Assembly: GCA_964353775.1 (NCBI GenBank)
Contig: CAYGWB010000005.1
Span: 66,690 to 130,689, forward strand
Direction: 5' to 3'
DNA from: an uncultured archaeon
GTDB taxonomy: Archaea > Aenigmatarchaeota > Aenigmatarchaeia > Aenigmatarchaeales > JAHLMS01
DNA length: 64,000 bases
The notes below the pieces were generated by a model that worked only from the letters and a program-made list of their open reading frames with translations, had not been told where the DNA came from and made no database searches. The translations under genes and the position numbers were made by a program. Each line of letters begins with the position of its first letter. Positions within the stretch are counted from its first letter, which is position 1. Positions 46,539 through 55,048 of the stretch are shown here, piece by piece.

Positions 46539-46610
46539 TTTATAGCCCCCTTTGTCACTCCTTAATGGTTATTATTCTGAAATGCTTAATAAAATAATGG
46601 ACAGTAAAGG

Positions 46611-46618
46611 ATTTAAAC
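46611..46618 (-). promoter_or_regulatory. TATA box upstream of 396-aa ORFan operon
   Basis: Minus strand reads GTTTAAAT about 73 nt upstream of ATG 46538, followed by an AAGGAG SD-like element. Confidence 0.4.
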
Positions 46619-46631
46619 ACATTAGTTATGC

Positions 46632-47537
46632 TCATAGTCCCACCTCGTTATAGTAAATCGCCAGCTGATAGACCTGTTCGTCGAATTCGGACGGTATCTG
46701 GCCTATCGATGTGATCAATTTCGGAGATATGAGCACGCCCTTCGTGACCTGCGCATGCACACTGGCGTTCTTGCTGCCGTACGGTATCGCGCCCTCCGCG
46801 CCAACAGGCTCGTAGAGTATCTGCATCTTTCCGCCGTGTTTCGACATTTCGCTTAACTGGCCTCTTATGTGCTCGCCGAGCTTGACGAACTGCTTGTCGT
46901 TTGCGTTGAAAATGAAATATTTGCCGTAAAGATAGTCGAAAATCTCGGCCGGCACCATCGCCTGTTTGATTTTGTCACAGTTGGTGGCCGCCTCTTTCAG
47001 CTCTTTTACTGATTTTATGGTTTCATTGTTGGTGAACACCAAATCAGACGCCTTACCGGCCTTGAAATCTTCCCATTTAGAAAGCTTTTTTTCAGCGTAT
47101 TTTATCACATACTTGAATTTTTCTCTTTCGAAAGCACGCCTTACAAGGTCCTTTTCATCGTATGTCCTACCGCATATTTTTCGCCCATTTTCTTTGTGTT
47201 CATAGAACCGGTCCACATCGTCCTTATTCCCAAGAGAATAGATGTCGTTCAGGGTATATGCCAGTGCACGCGCCTCGTTCTTTATGTCCCTTTCATTATC
47301 ATGATATCTCCTTACAAAATTAGCGGCCAGTTGCGGCCTCTTTTCGGCGTCCGCTTTCCTTGCCAGCATCTCGTAGAACCGGTCAAATCCGCCCCATCTG
47401 CGTATCTGGTCCGAAGCGGCTGCCACATATTCGCCTACGCGCAACCTCATTTTTTCCGGATCCTTCAGATTGTCCAAAATGTCAAATGTGTTGTCCTCGA
47501 TTTTTATCCGGACATCAGTTTTACCTGTATCACCCAT
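46632..47537 (-). CDS. hypothetical cytoplasmic protein (301 aa, ORFan)
   Basis: Uninterrupted ORF with no signal peptide or TM. No family recognised. Confidence 0.55.
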   Translation of the reverse strand: MGDTGKTDVRIKIEDNTFDILDNLKDPEKMRLRVGEYVAAASDQIRRWGGFDRFYEMLARKADAEKRPQLAANFVRRYHDNERDIKNEARALAYTLNDIYSLGNKDDVDRFYEHKENGRKICGRTYDEKDLVRRAFEREKFKYVIKYAEKKLSKWEDFKAGKASDLVFTNNETIKSVKELKEAATNCDKIKQAMVPAEIFDYLYGKYFIFNANDKQFVKLGEHIRGQLSEMSKHGGKMQILYEPVGAEGAIPYGSKNASVHAQVTKGVLISPKLITSIGQIPSEFDEQVYQLAIYYNEVGL

Positions 47538-47583
47538 AACATAACCTACTTTTACTACCTAATAATGATTACATTTTGATGTA

Positions 47584-47590
47584 TTTAAAG
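47584..47590 (-). promoter_or_regulatory. TATA box upstream of 301-aa ORFan
   Basis: Minus strand reads GCTTTAAATAC about 47 nt upstream of ATG 47537. Confidence 0.4.
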
Positions 47591-47629
47591 CTTAGTAAAT
47601 CGAAGAATTCACAGAATTCAAGCTTCTTA

Positions 47630-49063
47630 TTACTTGTCCTGTTCTATTATGACGTTATCCGCGCCGGACTGGGTCTCATCGTGTGAAGGTAGCGCTTTAA
47701 GATAATTCTTACCGGCTTCGCGAAGCACGTGCAATGCCTGGTTCTTCCTCAATACGCTGACCATCTCGTCCCTTCTTTGCTTCAGATCCCCTTCCGCCTT
47801 AATGCTGTTCAGCAGCTTGCTGATTGCATCTTCATGTCTGCCATTTTCTGTCTGTAACATTATATATCTCTGGATGCCCGGAGCTTCGTCGAAAAGCGCC
47901 TGTGAAGCATATTTTGCCAGCATTATCGTAGTGTCCTTCAGTTCATTGTCATATGCTTCTATCACTTTGAGTGCGAGCCTTTCCCTTTCCCGGAATGTAC
48001 TAATATGGGATTCATACTTGTGTAGAACGCCTTCCAATTTACGAAAGGCATAACCTAGTGTGCCTATGTGGACGTGAGGATCCGAGGTTTCCATCCACGG
48101 AAGATCACGGAATATCGTGTTAAGCATTTTCACGTCTTCGGTATATCTGTCGTTTTCTTCCTTGAACAACATTATGTCGATGTCTTTTTGGTCCAGTCGT
48201 AATGCCATCTCCTGTTCTTTCAGCTTGTGTTCGGTCTCTGTGCGAGAAAGTTTTTCTTCCTGCAGCGCCAGCTGCTTCTCCTGATATGTTATCAGCCTTT
48301 CGGTAATTTTTCTCTCATCACCGTGGGCTTCCTGATAAAAACTCTTAATAGAATTGGATACTTTCGGTAACAGCTCCTGAAGATATTTCTCCTTCTCCAC
48401 GAGCTTATCCTTGACCTTGTTGGCAACTTTCCATTCTTCCTGGAGTTTTCCAAAGCCGGCTTCGAGCTGCTTTTTAATTTTCGCGGCCTCTCCGACCTTC
48501 TCATTTAGCTCTTTTTCTTTGAGCTCTGCCTTGGACCTAAGCTCGTTGTATCGCTTTCCGAGCTCTGCCGCGTCCGTCTTATATTTTTTATCCAGTTCAT
48601 CTACCTTGCCCTTGAGCGCATATTCCTTTTCTTTCAGTTCCTTCTCCTTTTTCTTTGCCTTGTCCTGGGCCTCGGCCAGATCCAGCTCTTCATCCAGCTC
48701 CCTGAGTTCCCTCTGTGTATTCCGAACTTCTCCTTCAGCCTTAGCTATCTCACCTTTTTTGTTTCCCAACTCGCCAAGCACGTTTTCTATTTGAGCTGCC
48801 TTTTCGTTGAATTCCTTTCTATGATTGTGCACATCCGCCGTAGCAAAATTAGTATACACATCGTTGATAACAGATATGATATAATCTTTATCAAATCTGC
48901 CTTGATACATTTCAATGCCAGAATGTCTCACGGCGTCTATGGGAATGCCCTTTTCGTAATAACCGCGAGCCCAAGTAATTAATTCCTTCCCGACCTTAGG
49001 ATCCTGTTCCTTCTTTGGTGTGTACGCCTTCTGACCTTCGTCTCTTTTGTCCCCTTCCATCAT
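47630..49063 (-). CDS. long coiled-coil protein (477 aa, ORFan)
   Basis: Roughly 90-aa N-terminal globular region, roughly 200-aa Lys/Glu heptad-rich coiled coil (residues about 95-300), and a C-terminal helical domain. No P-loop. Confidence 0.6.
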   Translation of the reverse strand: MMEGDKRDEGQKAYTPKKEQDPKVGKELITWARGYYEKGIPIDAVRHSGIEMYQGRFDKDYIISVINDVYTNFATADVHNHRKEFNEKAAQIENVLGELGNKKGEIAKAEGEVRNTQRELRELDEELDLAEAQDKAKKKEKELKEKEYALKGKVDELDKKYKTDAAELGKRYNELRSKAELKEKELNEKVGEAAKIKKQLEAGFGKLQEEWKVANKVKDKLVEKEKYLQELLPKVSNSIKSFYQEAHGDERKITERLITYQEKQLALQEEKLSRTETEHKLKEQEMALRLDQKDIDIMLFKEENDRYTEDVKMLNTIFRDLPWMETSDPHVHIGTLGYAFRKLEGVLHKYESHISTFRERERLALKVIEAYDNELKDTTIMLAKYASQALFDEAPGIQRYIMLQTENGRHEDAISKLLNSIKAEGDLKQRRDEMVSVLRKNQALHVLREAGKNYLKALPSHDETQSGADNVIIEQDK

Positions 49064-49126
49064 GCATGCACCTAAAATATCTCACTTTATAGTAGTTATT
49101 ACCTGTTAGATTATGGTAACGAAAAG

Positions 49127-49135
49127 TATTTAAAC
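49127..49135 (-). promoter_or_regulatory. TATA box upstream of coiled-coil ORFan
   Basis: Minus strand reads GTTTAAATA about 64 nt upstream of ATG 49063. A TAGGTG SD lies just before the start. Confidence 0.4.
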
Positions 49136-49138
49136 TTA

Positions 49139-49414
49139 TTATTTCCATAACCCGACCGCTTTTTTTCCGTTCCACAGCTTGCGGCCGTACTTGGCGGGCG
49201 TCGGCAACGCAAGTAAACGGCCCCCGGCGATCGGTATCAGATAGTATTCTTCCTGCTTCTTGCCCTTCAGGACGAGCTTGACCTTGTTCTGGCTGCGCTT
49301 CTTCGTCCCGGGAACGAGATATTCGTACCGTACGAACTTACCGCGGTCGATCAGATTGCGCACTTCCGGGGTTCCCTTCTTGTTCTTGGTCAAAACCTCC
49401 GGTGGGTATCGCAT
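49139..49414 (-). CDS. small basic protein, unknown function
   Basis: 91 aa, Lys/Arg-rich. Divergent from the DUF460 gene. Confidence 0.4.
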   Translation of the reverse strand: MRYPPEVLTKNKKGTPEVRNLIDRGKFVRYEYLVPGTKKRSQNKVKLVLKGKKQEEYYLIPIAGGRLLALPTPAKYGRKLWNGKKAVGLWK

Positions 49415-49446
49415 ATTTATTTTATTGTCGGCTGAGATTTAAGCAT

Positions 49447-50613
49447 ATGGAAGCAAGACCGGTGATAGTCGGTATAGACAGCGGCGCGACAACGGCTGTC
49501 GCTGTTCTGGACCTGAGACGCAATCTTTTGGGCGTCACCAGCAAGAAGGATCTTTCTGCCGCTGCTGCCCGGTCGTTCGTTACGAATTTCGGCCGGCCAC
49601 TGTTCGTAGCGACGGACAAGGCGAAACCGCCTTCCGCGGCCAAGAAGTTCGCAGCCTCTTTCAACTGCGGTCTGTGGTATCCTGAACAAGACCTCTCAAT
49701 CGCAGACAAGGACAACACGACGAAGGAGTTCAATTTGGCGAACGCCCATGAGCGCGACGCCTCCGCATCTGCTGTTTTTGCGCACAAGGCGGTCGCGGGC
49801 CAGTTCAGCAAGATAGACGACACGCTGAAACAGCTCGGGTTCGAACAGTTCAGCGACATCGTCAAGACCTCCATCGCGAAACGGGAGGTCAGCAACATCG
49901 CAGAGGCCGTGAAAAGGATAACATCCGTACCTGAGTCGCCTAAGCCGATAGTACGTACCGTGGATGAGGCAACTGAACTGAAGAGGCAGGTCTCAGCTCT
50001 AAAGAAGAGCTATGAGATAGCGCAGTTCTATGTCTCGAAGCTCGAAATCAGGGTCAATGCCCTTGAGAAGCAGAAAGAACAGATGATGGACGAGAGGATG
50101 AAAGCGAACGAGGAGGCAAGACGCACGGTCATACGCGAAAAGGAGATATTCAAGCGTGACATCGCGCTGCGCCACTTGAGCACGGAGGTCGACAGGCTGA
50201 GGAAAAAGTCGGACAAGCTAGAAACGCAGCAGGCGAAGCCTCTGGAGCTGCAGCAGATAAGGGCTAACGCGGCCGTACCGGTCGTTCCAATACAGGATTT
50301 CACAAAAGAGTCCATAGCCTCCACAGGAAAAGAGTTCGGGCTGGCCAACGAGATATTGTGGATAAAGGATTATCGGCCGTCGGCCTCGACGGCAAAGTTC
50401 TTGATAGGCTTCAGGCCGCGCACCGTAATCTTTCCCCAACAACCGGCTGAAATCGAGATGTTCAAATCGAGCAACATAACGGTCGTATGGGGCGTTAAGC
50501 CAGAACAGAAAAGGTGGTGGGGCGCCGTTCCTCAGAAGGACCTGTGGCACGCCCTGAAAGAGACCGAACGCAAGAGCTTCATGAATTGGATATCAGAATA
50601 CAGGCAGAGATAG
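49447..50613 (+). CDS. DUF460 (COG2433) protein: RNase H-fold (RuvC/YqgF-like) N-domain plus coiled coil
   Basis: VIVGIDSGATTAVAVLDL...FVATDKAKPPSAAKKFAASF...NAHERDASASAVFA matches the DUF460 N-terminal pattern. Central coiled coil. Start set at ATG 49447. Confidence 0.7.
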   Translation: MEARPVIVGIDSGATTAVAVLDLRRNLLGVTSKKDLSAAAARSFVTNFGRPLFVATDKAKPPSAAKKFAASFNCGLWYPEQDLSIADKDNTTKEFNLANAHERDASASAVFAHKAVAGQFSKIDDTLKQLGFEQFSDIVKTSIAKREVSNIAEAVKRITSVPESPKPIVRTVDEATELKRQVSALKKSYEIAQFYVSKLEIRVNALEKQKEQMMDERMKANEEARRTVIREKEIFKRDIALRHLSTEVDRLRKKSDKLETQQAKPLELQQIRANAAVPVVPIQDFTKESIASTGKEFGLANEILWIKDYRPSASTAKFLIGFRPRTVIFPQQPAEIEMFKSSNITVVWGVKPEQKRWWGAVPQKDLWHALKETERKSFMNWISEYRQR

Positions 50614-51186
50614 TCATATTCTTTTGATACTTTCTATGAGCTCGGCCATCTGCGGCGCGCATACGTCCCGCAGCCAGCTTTCGTCCTTATACAGCGTCTC
50701 GTGGCAAATGTACTTCTCGGAAACTTTCACAGCTGAAACCATGCGAAACATCTCCGGCCACGGATGACGATAAATGTTCTTCTGACAATATCCAGTAGGC
50801 TCTGGCAAATAGAAATAGGAGATGCATTCAGGATATTTTTCGGGGCCGGCCACATCGTTAACTCTTATAGCATTGAAATGCTTGCCCTCATCGATTTTTG
50901 GTTTTAGTGAACGAAAGAGATCCTTATTAAAGAAGCGCAACTCGCTATAGTTTCTAGGTTTCCCTATATAGCTGGTTACACCATGAAGGTCAACTAAAAA
51001 ATCAGCACCGCCCTTGAGAAGGTCCAGATAATATCTTATCCGTTTCTGTGCGTTCTCTACATTGAAGGCTCCAACTCCGGTAGCGTCTATCATCTTAGCG
51101 TCGGTCAGACCCTTCAACTCGTCCGCTACAATATAGGCCGAACGCTCTTGTGGATGGATGCCGTGAATCACAACGACGTTTTTCAA
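50614..51186 (-). CDS. hypothetical protein (weak AstE/AspA-like HG..E / DLH pattern)
   Basis: VVVIHGIHPQER and FLVDLHG resemble the zinc-hydrolase (succinylglutamate desuccinylase/aspartoacylase) N-terminal motifs. The start is uncertain: TTG at 51186 was chosen to avoid a 43-nt overlap with the upstream gene. Confidence 0.35.
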   Translation of the reverse strand: MKNVVVIHGIHPQERSAYIVADELKGLTDAKMIDATGVGAFNVENAQKRIRYYLDLLKGGADFLVDLHGVTSYIGKPRNYSELRFFNKDLFRSLKPKIDEGKHFNAIRVNDVAGPEKYPECISYFYLPEPTGYCQKNIYRHPWPEMFRMVSAVKVSEKYICHETLYKDESWLRDVCAPQMAELIESIKRI

Positions 51187-51194
51187 AAAAACAC

Positions 51195-51746
51195 CTAGTA
51201 AATCACACCGACGACCTTGTAAGAAATGTCCGACCATCTAAGCACTTTCCCGTCAGGAACAGAATTGTTGTCGCCCTGCGTCCTGTACCAAACGCCTTCC
51301 GTATCCTCGCCCGTCTCAATAATTCTGTGCACGACCTCCCGTTCATAGACTGAAGCAGATATTATGACAATATCGTCTACCTTCAGATCCTCAGGCGCAG
51401 TGACTATCACATAACCGCCGCCTTTCAGGTTGGGCCACATCGAACCGGTCGTATCGATCTTGCGCAGCTCTATCGGCGTCTTGTAAAACAGCGAACAGAA
51501 ATGGGTATACTTGTCCTTGTATGCCGTATAGGGGTTCGCCTCGCATTCCGCGCTGTCAACCACAGGAACATCGGACTTGAAAGCGTCGTTGAGCTGTGAG
51601 CTCCATACGCCATTTCCGACAGCCGGTTCAGCGATTGCATTGGCCGTGATGGACGTTGCCGTAGGCGTCATGGTTATGGCGGCCGCGCCGCAGATAATGA
51701 TACCTAGGATAACGCCAAGAAAACCTGCCAAAAGGACCTTTTGCAT
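51195..51746 (-). CDS. signal peptidase I (archaeal Sec11/S26B type), paralog 1
   Basis: N-terminal TM, catalytic Ser box TGSMWP, His box VVHRII, GDNN box. Confidence 0.7.
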   Translation of the reverse strand: MQKVLLAGFLGVILGIIICGAAAITMTPTATSITANAIAEPAVGNGVWSSQLNDAFKSDVPVVDSAECEANPYTAYKDKYTHFCSLFYKTPIELRKIDTTGSMWPNLKGGGYVIVTAPEDLKVDDIVIISASVYEREVVHRIIETGEDTEGVWYRTQGDNNSVPDGKVLRWSDISYKVVGVIY

Positions 51747-51768
51747 AATTAAATTTACTACTATTTAG

Positions 51769-51778
51769 TATATAAAGC
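51769..51778 (-). promoter_or_regulatory. TATA box for signal peptidase gene
   Basis: Minus strand reads GCTTTATATA about 25-30 nt upstream of ATG 51746. Confidence 0.45.
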
Positions 51779-51783
51779 TTACC

Positions 51784-51791
51784 TTTAAATA
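51784..51791 (+). promoter_or_regulatory. TATA box for egsA
   Basis: TTTAAATA ends 23 nt before ATG 51814, a leaderless-type spacing. Confidence 0.5.
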
Positions 51792-51813
51792 CGGGTTTGC
51801 TGCAATTATTGGC

Positions 51814-52857
51814 ATGCATACCATAGAATTGCCGAGACGTGTGGTCATCGGCAAGGGCGTGCTCTCCCAGGTCGGAAACATATGCGAAAACATGGGTCTG
51901 GGCGAACCAGTGCTTCTGATCAGCGGGCCCCATGTCATAGAACTGGCCGGAAAGGTGGTTCTGAAGAGCCTTCTGGACGCGGAAATACCGACGAGCCTTG
52001 AGCTTGTGACAAAGACGGACACTGAGGACCTGGAACGCATTCTCCGAACGGCCGGACAGTTCCGAACCATCGTAGGCTGCGGAGGAGGCCGTGTCATCGA
52101 CGTGGCCAAATGGACCGCATCGAAGCTCGGGATACCGTTCGTATCCGTCCCTACCGCACCGTCCCACGACGGCATCGCAAGCAATCGTGTAACTATTTTC
52201 GACAGTGACGGTGTCCATCAGAGCAGCTCCGCATCCGTTCCGGCCGTGATAGCCGTTGATATGGACGTGATGGTCGCCGCACCATACCGCATGATAGCGG
52301 CCGGCGCTGCCGACGTGATAGCGAAAATAACGTCGATAGCCGACTGGAAGCTGGCCCACGAACAGAACAACGAACCGATATCGGACTATTCGGCCGCGCT
52401 CTCATTGCTGGCAGCTGAGATGGTGATAAAATCAGCCAGTTCCATCAAGGAGCGTAAGGAGCAGGGTCTGACTACCCTTATAGAGGCGCTGATCAGCTCG
52501 GGCGTTGCCATGTGCATAGCAGGCAGCAGCAGGCCGGCCAGCGGCTCCGAACATTTGTTCAGCCACGCGCTGGACTCGCTCTGGCAGCAGAAGAAATCAC
52601 TGCACGGCGAGCAGTGCGGCGTAGGAACGATAATGATGTCATACTTACACGGCATGCCCTGGCAGACCGTGCGTGACACCCTACGGACCTTGGGTGCCCC
52701 GACCAATGCCAAGGAGCTCGGAGTGCCTCCGGACGTGATCGTTGAAGCCCTGGTGCGTGCGAAGGACGTCCGAAACGACCGCTATACGATCCTGCAAGCG
52801 CAGGAACTGAACAGCAACCGTGCGGAAAAGCTCGCAAAGGCAACTGGAGTCATCTGA
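51814..52857 (+). CDS. egsA: sn-glycerol-1-phosphate dehydrogenase
   Basis: 347 aa iron-ADH/DHQS-like fold. GCGGGRVIDVAK nucleotide loop, and HDGIAS and SGSEHLFSH metal/substrate motifs typical of G1PDH. Next to the GGGP synthase gene. Confidence 0.85.
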   Translation: MHTIELPRRVVIGKGVLSQVGNICENMGLGEPVLLISGPHVIELAGKVVLKSLLDAEIPTSLELVTKTDTEDLERILRTAGQFRTIVGCGGGRVIDVAKWTASKLGIPFVSVPTAPSHDGIASNRVTIFDSDGVHQSSSASVPAVIAVDMDVMVAAPYRMIAAGAADVIAKITSIADWKLAHEQNNEPISDYSAALSLLAAEMVIKSASSIKERKEQGLTTLIEALISSGVAMCIAGSSRPASGSEHLFSHALDSLWQQKKSLHGEQCGVGTIMMSYLHGMPWQTVRDTLRTLGAPTNAKELGVPPDVIVEALVRAKDVRNDRYTILQAQELNSNRAEKLAKATGVI

Positions 52858-52911
52858 AAACCAAAGGCATTTAAATACTTTAGGCCAATATTGAGGAATT
52901 CTGGTGTATGT

Positions 52912-53691
52912 ATGGAAGACTGGAGAAAGTGGAAGCACATAACCAAGCTGGACCCGGACAGGAAAATAACGCCTGACATCATCAAGCAGATAGTCGACAC
53001 AGGCACAGACGCCATAATGGTCTCCGGAACGCAGAACATAAGGAAGGAGAACGTGACAGCGCTTCTGAAGATGCTCAAGGAATACGATATACCGAAGGTG
53101 CTCGAGCCCGCCGGACCGCTGGGAATGGTCTACGAGGGCTACGACTGGCTCTTCGTACCGTCCGTGTTCAACACGAACACCGCGGCCTGGATAAACGGCA
53201 TCCACAAGGCCTGGGTAGCGGCCCACAAGGACAAGATAAACTGGGACATAGTCGTGCCGGAAGCCTATATAATTCTCAACCCGAAATGCGCGGCGGCAAA
53301 GTTCTCCAAGGCCGTTCCGTTGAACAAGGACCAGGCCATCGCAGCGGCCGTATGCGCCGAACGCTTTTTCAAGTTCCCGATAATTTACATAGAATATTCC
53401 GGAACGTACGGGGATCCGCAGATTGTCCAGGCGGTCAGGGAATCGTTAAAGAACGCACACCTGATATACGGCGGCGGAATAAACACCAAGGAACGCGCAG
53501 AAGAGATGTCAAAATGGGCGACCATCGTCGTCGGAAACACCATCTACGAGAACGGCACGCACTCCTTCGTCAACACGATGCGCGGCAGACTTATGGCGGA
53601 GATGCATGAGATCCAGATCAAGCTGAATAAGCTGAAGAAGATCAGCAAAAATAGCAACAAGACAGCTACTGCTTCACCAGAACGTAAATGA
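52912..53691 (+). CDS. geranylgeranylglyceryl phosphate synthase (PcrB/GGGPS family)
   Basis: WRKWKHITKLDPDR, IMVSGT and YGGGI motifs of the TIM-barrel GGGPS family. Start set at ATG 52912 (the track uses TTG 52891). Confidence 0.85.
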   Translation: MEDWRKWKHITKLDPDRKITPDIIKQIVDTGTDAIMVSGTQNIRKENVTALLKMLKEYDIPKVLEPAGPLGMVYEGYDWLFVPSVFNTNTAAWINGIHKAWVAAHKDKINWDIVVPEAYIILNPKCAAAKFSKAVPLNKDQAIAAAVCAERFFKFPIIYIEYSGTYGDPQIVQAVRESLKNAHLIYGGGINTKERAEEMSKWATIVVGNTIYENGTHSFVNTMRGRLMAEMHEIQIKLNKLKKISKNSNKTATASPERK

Positions 53692-54817
53692 GCCTGTCCA
53701 ATTTCTTTTGTTCGCTCGTGTAGAGATACGGGAATATTTTCATTTCGGTCGGCTGCCACAGTTCAAAGCCGGCATCCTTTGCCATCTGATCTATCTGTAC
53801 TTCTATCGCACGTTTTTTGACGGTGAACCGCGGAAATATTATCGCCATGCGTCCGCCTGGTGCGAGCACGGCATGTGCGGCTATGAGAAAATTTTTGTAC
53901 AGAAGAGAGAGCTCGGATATTATCTTTTTTGCCTGTGCCTCCGTTGGTGCGGACTTGAGCAACGGGCCGAGGTACGGTTCCGTCGCGATCGCAGATATGG
54001 TTTCCTTGTCGAAAATCTCATGCAGTTCTGTCGCATTTCCCAGCCCAGCAGTCCATCGCGTATTCACGCCGTAATTGTCCGTGAACCATTCAATGTTTCG
54101 CTTGGCCGCTGCGACATTTTCTGCGTCGATATCGATACCAATCGATTCAATGCCCTTTAGGAGAGCCTCCTGCAGTATCGTACCGATGCCGCAGAACGGA
54201 TCAAGCAACCGTGTCCCGGGCTTTGCGCCGGAAAGGTTGATCAGGATTCTGGCCAATCTTATCGATATCGCAATCTCTGGTTTCTGGGCAGGCCTTCCTA
54301 AGTCGCGCCTCTGGACAGAACGTAGATCGCTGACAGCGACGGTCTTACCGATATACGTTTCCTTTTCATGCGAAAAGCTGACTATCTCGAGCCCCGCCTT
54401 CCATGCGACCAGTTCCCACGGCCGCGGCTCGGACTTCCACATGGCCTTCAGCTTCTCGTCTTTGAAGCGCTTCTTGAAATAGGATTTGAGTAAATTTTCC
54501 GTCTTCTTGTTTCCGTCGAACGTGCTGACGGTCCAGTTAAGTTTGTTCCCGGAATCTGTCCAGAACGGGTAATTGTCGAGCGTTTTGGTCTGGTCGTCTG
54601 CTGACGCCGGGACCCTGGCAATGACAAGCCCGGCTTTTACTGTTCCTCCAAGATCCGCAACTGCCTTCGTAAGGTTTATGTCGTGCGCCCTGACGAGCGC
54701 GATGTTCTTGTGAACCAGAGAAATCTCATATGAGATATCGCGCACAGCGAGATAGCTCACCAGCTCGGCCGCCGCAAGATTCGGGTCGCGGCCCAGAACA
54801 AAAAAGTATTCCGGCAT
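53666..54817 (-). CDS. Trm11/Trm14-like (UPF0020) tRNA guanine-N2 methyltransferase
   Basis: SAM motif LDPFCGIGTILQEA and catalytic-loop-like TEPYLG. The N-terminal roughly 170 aa is an RNA-binding-like domain. Confidence 0.6.
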   Translation of the reverse strand: MPEYFFVLGRDPNLAAAELVSYLAVRDISYEISLVHKNIALVRAHDINLTKAVADLGGTVKAGLVIARVPASADDQTKTLDNYPFWTDSGNKLNWTVSTFDGNKKTENLLKSYFKKRFKDEKLKAMWKSEPRPWELVAWKAGLEIVSFSHEKETYIGKTVAVSDLRSVQRRDLGRPAQKPEIAISIRLARILINLSGAKPGTRLLDPFCGIGTILQEALLKGIESIGIDIDAENVAAAKRNIEWFTDNYGVNTRWTAGLGNATELHEIFDKETISAIATEPYLGPLLKSAPTEAQAKKIISELSLLYKNFLIAAHAVLAPGGRMAIIFPRFTVKKRAIEVQIDQMAKDAGFELWQPTEMKIFPYLYTSEQKKLDRLIYVLVKQ

Positions 54818-54849
54818 ACCTTTTAATTGCTTACTGTCTAAATAATGCT

Positions 54850-55017
54850 ATGCCAATCGCCGAATACTTCAAAAGGGGTGCCGACAGTATCAGGGATTTA
54901 TTTGGAGATTTCGTCGGGGAAATGTACAGCACTTCTCTTACAGCGGCCAGAGGCCGCCACTACGGCTGCAGGTGTCGGGTGTCCGACATAATGGATTCTG
55001 AACCGAAACGAAGATAG
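54850..55017 (+). CDS. possible small leaderless ORF (55 aa)
   Basis: The ATG lies about 22-30 nt downstream of the TATA-like CTTTTAATT (54820-54828). It fills an otherwise 230-nt divergent intergenic region. No family recognised. Confidence 0.25.
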   Translation: MPIAEYFKRGADSIRDLFGDFVGEMYSTSLTAARGRHYGCRCRVSDIMDSEPKRR

Positions 55018-55024
55018 CTTTATC

Positions 55025-55034
55025 TTTAATTTTA
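55025..55034 (+). promoter_or_regulatory. TATA box for ppsA paralog 1
   Basis: TTTAATTTTA ends 15 nt before ATG 55049, consistent with a leaderless or very short-leader mRNA. Confidence 0.45.
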
Positions 55035-55048
55035 GACATGCTTATTAC

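Noticed and set aside
48400-48800. An apparent DNA-level simple repeat (CTTCTCC/CTTTTC-rich plus strand).
   Set aside because: It is compositional bias from Lys/Glu codons of the coiled-coil protein on the minus strand. There is no fixed-period tandem repeat.
51628-52359. A 243-aa minus-strand ORF across the signal peptidase/egsA junction.
   Set aside because: It runs antisense through egsA and across the bidirectional promoter and has no motifs.
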